From positions 42,656,001 to 42,720,000 of the forward strand of contig OZ024754.1 in the NCBI GenBank assembly GCA_964016885.1: a DNA stretch of 64,000 nucleotides, given 5' to 3'. Within the stretch, counting starts at the first letter, position 1, and every line of letters begins with the position of its first letter. Origin of the DNA: Eledone cirrhosa (taxonomy: Eukaryota). Made by a program: the position numbers and the translations under genes. Shown here piece after piece: positions 1-26,549 of the stretch. Below the pieces are notes generated by a model. It ran no database searches and was not told the DNA's origin. It was given only the letters and a program-made list of their open reading frames with translations.

Positions 1-919
1 TCTTTCGAATGAAACAGTTCTAGTCCTGTAGAAGCCATTTCTATATTAAATCTTGTATATACTCTATGTATTGAGTACCTTAGCGAGGACACTAAGACAC
101 TGGAACAACCAAGCACCCTGGCGGGCAGCAGTTGTATCTATGAATAGACCTGTAACTCCCGAGGGAATCGTAGAGGTGCCATATTGACATACAGCGCTTC
201 TAGGGCATTTTTTAAAATCTGGCAGAGTCTCATCTCTCCAGGTCTGAATACAACATATTTCTTCCTGAGAAGGATACAGGGTGAGAGAATGGAATTGAGA
301 AAGATATATAGAGGAAGAATTCACCCTAGCACTTGACTGGTGCTTTTTTTTTATCGACATTGAATGGATGAAAGACAAAGGTGACCTCGGCGGGATTTGA
401 ATAGAGCCGAAACGAATACCGCAAGGCACTTTATCCGACGTTCTAAGGATTCTGCCAATTCGCTGCCTAGGAGTATCATCTGATACATTGGTAAAACTAG
501 TCGTCAAAAATGACAAGAACTTCCAAAATATCTCGAACCACAGGCTGAAAAAAAAAATATATATATACTGTGCTGATAATTGTTAGTAATTGTTAATTTG
601 ATTCTATTTGGCTACGGTTTCAGTGACCCTATCCCTTTCCGGCAGCGGGAAGGGGTAAAATTCTACAGCAGATTTGATAGATATTTAATACGTTATACTG
701 AGAGAATATGCTGAGTTTTTGGTTGTGAAACTGCATTGAATAAAATTAACACGTATATCAATGTGAACTAATATATGTATATAAATGTGTGCTGTTTCAC
801 CTGGCTTTATCAGTGATTTTATATCTCTATAAATGAGGGGGTAAATATAGCTGAAAATACTATAAGGGTATGTTTTTATTTGGGTCAGCTTGAATAAAAA
901 CAAGTCGCACAAGACGAAA

Positions 920-3900
920 ATGGCAGCGACAGCATTGAGTAAAACTCTGCTCTACGCAAGATTAGGTTTCAGGGTTCATTCAGGCTTTAAATGTAGTCTT
1001 CCTCGACAATACATTGAAACCTGGTCAACAGAGCGTACCAGGTAAGTGTCTCAGGTGATTAACCTTTGTTAATTACGTTACATCCATAACGTAATATTTA
1101 CCAGCTGTAAACCACTCATTGCTTCATTAGTATAAATATAACAGCATGATCTCTCGAAGACAATATTTTTTTCTTATTCTGCCTTTGAAACCTTTTATTT
1201 ATTTAATTTTTACAAAGTTGTAATATTTTATAAATTCAATTTTATATAGAAATATCAATATTTTCTCGTCTCTTTAATATATTATATATATATAATGCGC
1301 AGTTTCGCAACACATGCTTTCGATTCTCTTTTGTTACTAGAGCAATAATCATTATTTTTCTAAATAAACATTTACAATTTTTGTTATTGAAATAACTAAA
1401 AATACATAAACGAATTAATGTTCGTAAGAACAACAGCTTTTTGCAGAGTTCACACTAACAAATTCGAAAGTATATATTTACGCTGTGTTAAATATTTCGA
1501 GTATAGTATTTACATTTGATTGTTGTTGTTTTTTTTTTTGTTTTTTTTGTTAATAAATGTTGAATAATTTCATTATTTATTAAAATATTTCTTCAACTGA
1601 AGTACTGAACTTAATTTTAACAAAGCAGTCACGACGAAACGACACAATTTATAATATAATTTGATAACATTGTATAGACTATGTAAGCCGATATAACGGA
1701 CCCACTATATCTGCTTATGTTTATCTACGAGGAAAAAATGAGTTTGGCTAATATGTCTAGAGGAGAGGAAATACGTTTCATTTAAGATAGGCTCGTTCAA
1801 ACAATATCTAGTCTTTATCAATTGTAATATTTTCAATGCTTCATTCACTGTCGTAAAACATTTCATTTGAACAAGTCGAAAGAGAGTACTCTCCCTTTAT
1901 AAATCTTATCACCGCGACTGATATAAATAAATAGGAAGTCGTTAAATGTCCGATTTCAAATTAAAAGTGCTAAAGAAAATCGGACATTTCATACTTAAGG
2001 ACCCAATACCTTTTGTTAATATATATAATATATACATACACCTTTTGTTAACGTTGACCTCTTATAAATGTTTTTATAACTATGTGGGCGTCCTTTTTTT
2101 TTTATTGAATGTCTAGCAGCATATTTTTATTGTTTATTACTATTTTTATAAGTTGCATAACATTAAATTTTATACAATAAAGTTTATTATAAATGTTTTA
2201 GTTATAATTTTATTTTGTATTTAGAATAATATAATAATTAATGTATATAATAAATGTCTTATATATACACACACACATATATATATATATACATATATAT
2301 ATACAGTACTAAAAAGGAAACATGGGTGGAGTATTAAAAGAATAAAACGAGGGCAGCAGATCCTCCACACACTCAACCCTCAAGGGCAGCAGGAGCTTCC
2401 CTCTAATAATTTTTTAGGCAAGTCAATACACTCCTTGCAGCATTGCTGCTGTGATGGCGTGGCTAAGAAGCTGGAATAACCAAGCGCCCTTACAGGCATT
2501 ACCTTGTATATGAGTAAGGTGAGGAGAGGCTCCAACAATGACCTGAACATCGTGTCAGCGGCCTACTGACTAAAAAGGTTTGTTAGTGAATCCCAGTGTT
2601 TTGTAGTAAAATTATATATCATCGTCATCATCATCATCATCGTTGAATGTATATCCTGCATGGGTTAGGGTTTGCAAAAGGAACAAATCAATAAAAAAAA
2701 AAAGTAGTCAGAAAAAAAGAGAAAGAAAAAGATGTTTACAGTCAATTGAATATTATAAGAGGGAACATTGGTGTTTCCCTTTTGTTGTGGCAAGCAAGGT
2801 GTTGTAGGTGATGGCGAGGCTAAGGTACTGGAATAGTCAAGCATCTTCACGAGCATCACCTATTTCTCCAGTAAGTGAAGCTGATGATAGTGATAGTGAT
2901 GGTTATGGTGGTGGTGGAGGTGATGTTGGTGATGGTTATGATGATGATGGTTATGGTAGTGGTGATGATGATGATGTTGTTTCACTCAATGTTACTTTCT
3001 TGTTTCTAAAAGTCTCCACCTTCACTATCCATCAATTGTTTTTTTTTTTTTTCTTATATTTTTTCTTGTAATTTCATTTTATAGTTCCAAAAAAGAATTT
3101 GACATTGTTATCGTGGGCGGTGGAATTGTTGGCTTGGCCACTGCAAGAGAATTGATTCTTCGACATCCAAATCTATCTTTTGCTGTTTTAGAAAAAGAGA
3201 AAGAATTAGGTACGGTGCTCAGGTCTTCGATTTTCTCAGTTTATATTGTTTTTATATTGTTTATATTCTTTCAATACTAAATTGGTCTTAAATAATTCCA
3301 GCTTAAACAGTGATTAAGTCTATGTTTTTCTGACTTGTAGCAATCCACCAGAGTGGCAACAATAGCGGTGTTGTACATGCTGGTATCTATTACACTCCTG
3401 GCTCTTTGAAGGCCAAACTGTGTGTTGAGGGCTTCCACAAGGCATACAAGTACTGTGATGAAAACAATATACCTTACAAGAAATGTGGCAAGGTGAGTGA
3501 CCTTTAGAAATGGTGAAACAGATTCACTGATTATCTTGAAGGAAAAGAAGGAAAATCAAATTTAACTCTGGGAGGATTTGAACTTAGAATATAAACGGAC
3601 ATACTTAAATACCACAAGGTATTTCGTCTGGTACTCTGTCATTTGTGACTTTCACTGCTCTACACTTTCATGATCTGTTCTTGTGGCACCAGCATTACCA
3701 CCTTACAAGGTGGACTGGGTGCTTTTTGTTGTGACACCTCTACAACCACCTTACAAGGTGGACTGGGTGCTTTTTGTTGTGACACCTGCACTACTATTTT
3801 ACAGGGTGAACTGGATGTTTTTTTGTCATACTAAATTTTGTATAATTCTTATTGTTGTTACTAATTATACTTAAAGAAGATAATTTATTTTTCTGGCAGT

Positions 3901-4137
3901 TGATTGTAGCAACAAACCCTGAGGAACTTACTAGACTTGATAATCTCTTTGAACGAGGCCAGAAAAACAATGTGAAAGGTATGAGAATGGTTGGCCCTGA
4001 AGAAATACGAGACATTGAACCAAATTGTGTTGTAAGTTGAACTAAACAAATTGTAGGTTTGTTTATATAGAGATTTATTTTTTTTAAAAACTAAACTTAA
4101 AATATGGTTTTACATACGGTTTTAGAGAGAGAATTTA

Positions 4138-4176
<39 letters not shown>

Positions 4177-7080
4177 TCATCATCATCATTTTGCCTTTCA
4201 TCCCTTTGGCATCCAGCCGTAGAAAACCAGCCAGAAACAGTCCTATATGAGCAAGACACGGTCACCCGACCCAACTTGCCTCTAATGGTAAACTCGTTTA
4301 ACCCATGCTAACGTGGAAAATAGACATTAAACGATGATGATGATGATGATGAACATAAGACCCAGCATGTAATAATTGTTTCTACTTTTGGCACAAGGCC
4401 AGCAATTACCCAGTGTATTACTGGTACTTTATTTCATCGACCCCGTAAGGATGAAAGGCAAAGTTAACCTCGGCGGGATTTGAACTCAGAATGGCAAGGG
4501 CCGTAACTCTATGCGTCAAAGCATGGCGTCCGACCCTCTACCGATACTGCCAATCCATTCTAATTTAGGCACAAAGTCAGCAGTTTGTATAGAGAGGGAA
4601 GTTGATTAAATCAACCCCAGCACTTTACTAGTATTTATTTTATAGACTTCTTCCAGAAGGATGAAGGGCAAAGCTGACCTTGGCAGGATTTAAATTTAGA
4701 ACATAAAACACAGTATGTAATAAAAACTGGATACCATCCATCTTTATTGCATTCTGTTAACCGAGGTCACTTTTCTAAAACGTTTGGTCAGTTGAAGATC
4801 TTAGTTAAAGATGATTATGTAACTAAAATATTTCAGTGAAAATTGATGGTTTATTTCTCCATTTTATTATTAGGGGCTGAGAGCTATTCATTCCCCTCAC
4901 ACAGGAATTGTGGATTGGAGACAGGTTGCTCTCAGCTATGGAGCAAACTTTGAAAAGGTTGGCGGTCATATCTTCACTAATTTTGCAGCAGACAAATTTG
5001 TAATGTCAACAGATAACGTGAAATATCCAGTAACAGTTATGGGCGATGTGAAAAAGGTAATTTCTAGAATATATTTTAAATAAAAGACTTTTTTTTTAAA
5101 AATATTTTTAAAGTGTGATCCCTAATTTATTGATCTTTTTGTTGAACCACAAGATAACAAGGCATAAACAATTACAGACATAAACAACATGCACACACAC
5201 ATATACATATGCACATGCATACTTACACATATATATACATAACACATGCACACACATATATACACACACGTATATATACACATGTAAACACATACATACA
5301 CACACAAACACATATATATTTATATATATAAATCAGGCTTCTGCTCGTTTTATCTGTCATATTCCACTGATAAGGAATTGGTTGACCCGAGACTGTAGCA
5401 GATGACACTTGCCCAAAGTGACACACATTCTGATTTAACCCTTTAGCATTTACATTATTCTATATATACTATTGTATTATCACAGTAAAGGCTTTACCTC
5501 ACATAATATCTCACATAACATTTACATTACTCTATATATACTATTGTAATTTTGTGGTAAAGGCTTTATCTCACATAATATTGAATCTATGAGATTTTGA
5601 TATTATTTATTTTGAAAACAATACCTTAACATCAGTATAAGTGGCCAGGAAGAGGCGAGAGAATTCTGGTTTAAATGCTAAAGGGTTAACCCAAAACCTG
5701 ACAGTTCTCAAGTGAACACCTTTACCACCAAGCCATACCAGTAGCTATATATTCATTATATAAACTATGTTGTTGTTGCAGGGTCAAGTTATACAATGTC
5801 AGTATTTGATAACCTGTGGTGGACTTTATTCTGATCGTCTGGCTGAAAAATCTGGTTGTGATAGAAAACCTCGCATTGTACCGTTCCGCGGTGACTACCT
5901 GCTGTTGAAACCCCATAAAAATGATATGGTCCGAGGGAACATATATCCAGTTGAGTACTTTTTCTTTTACTCCTCCCAGGGTTAATAAAATTATAAACCA
6001 ATCAAGTCCTGGGGGTCAAGGCAATTGACTTTCACCCCTTAAACTAAATTGCTGGCTTTGTGCCTAAATCAAAAATCCTTATTTACGGTAGCCAAAGAAA
6101 ATCTATTTGGGGTCTTTAAATACTGTGGGCCCTAAATAAAACCCAGTTACCCCCTCCAAGTGACATCTGGGGGTCAATAATATCCTCTCTCTTTTGTTTT
6201 AACGTTTCAACATATTTGTATTGACAGGTTCCAGACCCAAGGTTTCCATTCCTTGGAGTCCATTTCACCCCCCGTATTGATGGTAGTGTGTGGTTAGGAC
6301 CAAATGCTGTTTTAGCTTTCAAAAGAGAAGGTTACACATTCTTCAGTTTCAGTGCCAAAGACATGTTAGATGCTCTTTCTTACAGGTGAGATTAGCATTC
6401 TGTCTTCTTTTACAATTCCATTACCACTACCACTACTACTGCTGATACTACTTCTACTACTACTACTACTTCCACCACTCTCTCTTCCACTCATCAAGGT
6501 CCTTCGTTATGACACTGTTGTATCATTAAGTCATTAACAGTAGAAAGTTTGATAATATTTCATAATCTAATTAATTAATTTAATTAATGTAATTAATGTA
6601 ATTAATTTACAGTGGCTTAAGGAAAATTGCGATGAAGAACCTAAGTTTTGGTCTCAATGAAATGTATCGAGGTCTTTTCATCGGTGCTCAGGTGAAACAA
6701 CTACAGAGGTTTATTCCTTCTTTGAAACTAGAAGATGTCACCAGGTAATATTCCTTGTCATTACCATCATCATCATCATCATCACTATTGTCATCATCAC
6801 CATTATCAACATCATCATCATCGTCATCACGAAAAAGCATAATTTATAATAATTGTTTCGCTTTTTAATTTCTATCCTCCGAAGGGGCCCATCTGGAGTG
6901 AGAGCTCAAGCTTTGGACAAAGATGGTAACTTGGTAGATGATTTCGTATTTGATAATGGCACTGGAGATATGGCTAAACGTATCCTACATGTCCGAAATG
7001 CTCCATCTCCTGCAGCCACATCATCTCTGGCAATATCAAGGATTGTAGCTGATCAAGTCGACAATATGATCAACTTATAA
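920..7080 (+). CDS. L2HGDH: L-2-hydroxyglutarate dehydrogenase, mitochondrial (9 coding exons, 455 aa)
   Basis: Exons 920-1041, 3085-3209, 3341-3492, 3900-4031, 4874-5056, 5782-5949, 6228-6385, 6613-6744, 6885-7080. All introns GT-AG with matching phases; total 1368 nt. Motifs: FAD-binding [77 protein letters not shown]. The N-terminus is basic and resembles a presequence. Confidence 0.96.
4374..4556 (-). mobile_element. tRNA-derived SINE family A (Meta-domain-like core)
   Basis: Head GGATTGGCAGTATCGGTAGAG, B box GAGTTCAAATCCC, core TTGCCTTTCATCCTTACGGGGTCGATRAAAT, tail GTGCCAAAAGTAGAAACAATTA. Many near-identical copies in the window. Confidence 0.85.
5439..5685. mobile_element. Non-autonomous piggyBac-type MITE
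   Basis: TTAA|CCCTTTAGCATTTA ... TAAATGCTAAAGGG|TTAA: TIRs start with CCC and both flanks are TTAA. Confidence 0.82.
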
Positions 7081-7198
7081 TAATGAAGAATTCCAAGAAA
7101 TATCAAAGAAGTTTTATTTTTGCTTTTACAAATTTTAAATTTTTGTTAAAAAAAAATTATTTATTTTTTATTGAATTTCTGGTGTTGTGTCATTATTA

Positions 7199-7387
7199 TG
7201 GATTGGCAGTATCGGTAGAGGGTCGGATGCCATGCTTTGCAGCATAGAGTTACGGCCCTTTATGATCTGAGTTCAAATCCCGTCGAGGTTAACTTTGCCT
7301 TTCATCCTTACAGGGTCGATAAAATAAAGTACCAGTAATACACTGAAGTAATTGCTGGCCTTGTGCCAAAAGTAGAAACAATTATTA
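7199..7387 (+). mobile_element. SINE family A, just downstream of the L2HGDH stop
   Basis: Full head, core and tail as at 4374-4556. Confidence 0.85.
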
Positions 7388-8233
7388 TGAAAAAAAAAAA
7401 AAAAAAAAAATGAAGAGAAATTGGCTGTTCGCACCTATTTAGGTTTGGCTGGTCTCCTAAGAGATTGTATCTCTTGTATCTCAAGAGGTTTCTTGTGTTT
7501 TAATGGTAAGGGCCCAACTCCTATCATGTTGTTGTTACAGCTCAGCTGGCCTCCTACAATGTTGTATCTCTTAGGAGGTTTCTTGGGGGTTTTAATGATA
7601 GGGGGTCCCAGGTCCCAGTGTAGTGTATTGAGATAAAAGTAGTCTAAAGATGTGTATTTAAGTAATAATTGTTTCTACATTTGGCACAAGGCCAGCAATT
7701 ACCCAGTACATTACTGGTACTTTATTTTATCAACCCTGTAAGGATGAAAGGCAAAGTTAACCTCAAATGAAAGCGTTAGTAAACAGATCATTTGCTTACT
7801 TTATTGTTCTGTAAGAGACAGTGTACTGGCAGAGTCATTAGGACATTGTATTTGTTCTAGTTCACTACACTCTGAGTTCGAATCCCGCTGAGGTCAACTT
7901 TGTCTTTCATTATTTTGAGGTCCATAAATAAAGTACTCGTCCAGAGCTGGTGGATTGCCAGAATTGTTAGATCAGATACTACCATGCATCTAATTTAACA
8001 CTGACTGTGTATTCTGAGTTCAAATCCCACCTTCTACCAAGAGTTGTGACTGACAAATAGTAACCAACACAAAAAACCCCCCCAAAAAACAGGTTCCATT
8101 GGTCTGATCTGACAATCCATTCCTTATGTTTCTATAACACCTCACTCTTTTATTTTTGATTCAGAGGAAATTTTGAAGCAAAATAAAAATGATATAATTT
8201 ATTATTTTATTTAAAATAAAAATTAAAATGTTC

Positions 8234-23140
<14,907 letters not shown>

Positions 23141-26100
23141 TATATACTCTAGATGTTATACAGCCTAGAATTAAGAGAGATAAACTAGAAATAGTTTTTT
23201 CCCCCCATTTTTAGGGAGTATTTTTCCAAATATTTTCAGCTATTATTTATAACAAGTGACTGTGGTTACAGTTATTTTCTGTGTTTGGGATTTCTACATT
23301 ATCAAAGAATTTTAATCCACCAACATCTACTATTACATCTGTCTATGGGACTGGTGTAGTACTAAACTACTATTACACCTGTCTCTGGGGTAGGTGTAGT
23401 ACTAACTTCTATTACACCTGTCTCTGGGACTGGTGTAGTACTAAATGTTTACCAAACAAATTAACACGGGACAATTGAACTTCTTATTTCAATCATAGAC
23501 CAATAAAGACAATCTTTATTATAAAACTAATAGAATGTCGATGTGACATACACGTGGTTTTTTAACCTACAAGAAATATCCCTCAAATCACACACTGTAG
23601 TCTTAAAATAGGGAAAACAACATACGATGCTTGAATTAAAAAAGAAAGATGGGGTGGTCACCACTAGAAAGCTTTTGATCATAGGTTTGTTCGATAAGAG
23701 CTGGCCTGGGGTTAAACAACAGAATCGTAAGTAAACACAAGGAAATGCAGTGTATTTAGACCAACATAATCTTTTTTAAAATAGACTTTATATATTTATT
23801 TTATGTTAGCAGCAATCTTTAGAAGGATATATAACTTTCGGTTGCTTCAGGATATTTATTTTATTGAGTAGGTACAAGTTTAACTCGTCTAAATAAGAGA
23901 TATGTCCAATTTTAGTTTTAACCTTCAAGGTGACCGATCGTAAAAGAAAATATAAGCAACAAAATGAAACACTGTAAAACAGCTTTGAACACTGGTGTCT
24001 TCTGAAATACTTTCTATTACCATAAATAAATCCGATGAATTAAAAAAAAATTATTTTATCAAGAAACTAAAAAAAAAAACAACGAAACTTTACCGAATGT
24101 TTATCAACGATTTATATAAACATCTATTGGTATTTCGTTTTCCAGGAATAAAATCAATTCATGTTATCACAGTAATAGGAATAGAAATCAAATTAGGGTT
24201 TTCTAAACAAATTATATATTATGTCACTATAATGGTAACAAATCCAAATCTGGTTACATTTACGGGATACGAAAAAACGTGCTGTCAACTGGGAGTAGAC
24301 ATTTTGCTAATTTAAAGACGGTGTTAACTCTTAACAAGTCCCGTCTTTATATTTTGTTGAAGCAGGAACGGTTCGCCCAAGTGCGTAGTTAAGTATGAAA
24401 TTAATTGTTTCTACATTATGATAATGTGGAATGATTATTTACATATAATAACTTCTTCTGGTCAATAAATAAATCACAAAACATTTTTGTGAGTGTGGAC
24501 TGTGTAGTAGAAAATGCAGGTTTAGTAATTTTCTTCGTGTGGTCAAAGCAGAAGTGTCAAAGAATATGTTTTACAACTTACCAAAGTTAAAGTTAAAACT
24601 ATTTTTTGGGGGAGAATGAGACTCATAACTGGGAAAAGGAGTGCACACTATAGTGTACTAAATACCCAGGTACCAGCTCTGATTAAAGTACTTAAAACAG
24701 TTTATAACTGATTAGTTCTCTCAGTTGGTAAACCAGTTTTCTCTCAAATCAGTTATGTGTAGTTCTCTAAAACCTCTGCTAATAAACAAGAACACATTAC
24801 TACATGGTCTTACATTGACAATTACACCCTCTGCTCTGACTATTGTTTCTAATAGCAAGCAACAATCTAATCAATTTTGGAAGATCTACAAAGGGCATGG
24901 GTCCCAGAAGCAGATAAAACTTTCTTGGACACCAGAAGCTGACTAAGATTCTATGGGTATCAGAGACAGACTAAAGTTCTTTGGGCACCAGAGACAGACT
25001 AAATTTCTTTGGGCACCAGAGACAAATAAGGTTCATTGGGCACCAAAAGCAGACTAAGGTTCCAAGGTGTCCCTGGCTGAAAATTCCATTGGGGCCCTTG
25101 CATATTATTTATGGTAGCAAACTAATTGATTTGGGGTTCTTTAAATATTGTGAGGTCCCAGGTTACAGTGGTCCCTTTCAAAGATTTATGCAGTTCTTAA
25201 ATTTTTTGTAAGCTCTTATCCAGATCATTGATAAGGTATGGCTGCCATTACTGAAACAAATATAATTTACATCAAACACCTTCTTCTTGCTCTTGCTCAC
25301 CTCAAATTTTTATTTTCAAAATTATTTGAAGATCAAATTGAGAGATCACAGCTCCGATACTATGGGAATGTGGTTAGAATATCTTAGGAAAGAATTGCTG
25401 GACAGATTTTACAGGTAAAACCAACAGGTAGTAGACCTTGAGCAAGATGGTTGGATAACATCTATGAGCTTGGCTAGTCTTTCTTGGGGATCTAGCTGGA
25501 TTAGTTGGAGACAGTTGCTTCTGACAGGACCCACTGGAAGGTGTGTTTGAGGACTCTACCCCCATGACCCTCCCAGGAATAAGAGGAAGAAGATACAGTG
25601 TCTTTTATGATAAATATGGCGACAAAAGGGTTAATATTGCATTGTTTCAGTTTACCTAACAATATAGATTACACATTAGATATTCCTGGTAAAGTAACTA
25701 GAAATAAATATACTACTAGCAGCCTATTTACCATTTATAAAGAGTTCAGTTAAGCAGTGAAGCAAAAGCTATAAAATCCAAGTGGCAGAGTCATTAAAGC
25801 ATTGAATTAAATGCTTTGCCCTGTTTGTTCCGGCTTTTTACGTCCTGAGTTCAACGTTGCTTTTCATCCTTCGGTTCTTCTTCTATATCTCTCGATCGCT
25901 CAATATATTTCTCTGAAAAAGATTGCCTTTGTTCAGACCATTAGAGGCATAGGCTCTGCCATGTCTAAATGCTTTAGACACGCCGTATACCATGACCGCG
26001 CCCCTACGACTTCAACAGGAGTTAAGTGCCCATGGATAGATGGATACGATAATCCACATTTAATTATGTTCATATTCACGGAACAAGAGATAGCAACAAA

Positions 26101-26549
26101 TACTGGTGGTTGGAAGAAAATATTTACATTTTAATAATAAGAAGAGTAATTTTAAAGAAATTAAAATAAACGGAATAAAAACAATCAGCTGTTTTATAAT
26201 TAATATTTTTCTTAAAATATATTGAGACAAAAACATATTCAATTATAGATATTGAATAAAATTTTGTCCCTAGAATATTATCTAACTAAAATAATATTCT
26301 ATTAATTATAATCTAATAACTTTTAAGAATGCAACCACAAAAAATCGTCTGTTTCCGACTAGAAAATTTAAAAAAATGTTTAAAGACGTGTAATTATTTT
26401 TAAGATTACAAAATATATTTATTTATATCTACAGAAGGAAATATCTTAACAAAAAAAGTATTGAAAATTAAAAAATTAAAAAAAAATTAATAATTAAGTT
26501 GGCGCTTTTCAAATCGATGATCGAGAATTAATTGGCGGCAGAAGAAACA

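Noticed and set aside
64-516. 150-aa minus-strand ORF
   Set aside because: It overlaps a long-tailed SINE variant (related copies near 19290-19560, 31450-31740, 48940-49235) and has no recognisable domain.
2808-3071. Gly/Asp-rich ORF
   Set aside because: A (GAT/GGT)n low-complexity tract in L2HGDH intron 1.
25811-26134. 107-aa ORF, with a faint HDRAP resemblance to the mariner HDNA motif
   Set aside because: It starts inside a SINE remnant, and the spacing to a YSPDL-like motif does not fit.
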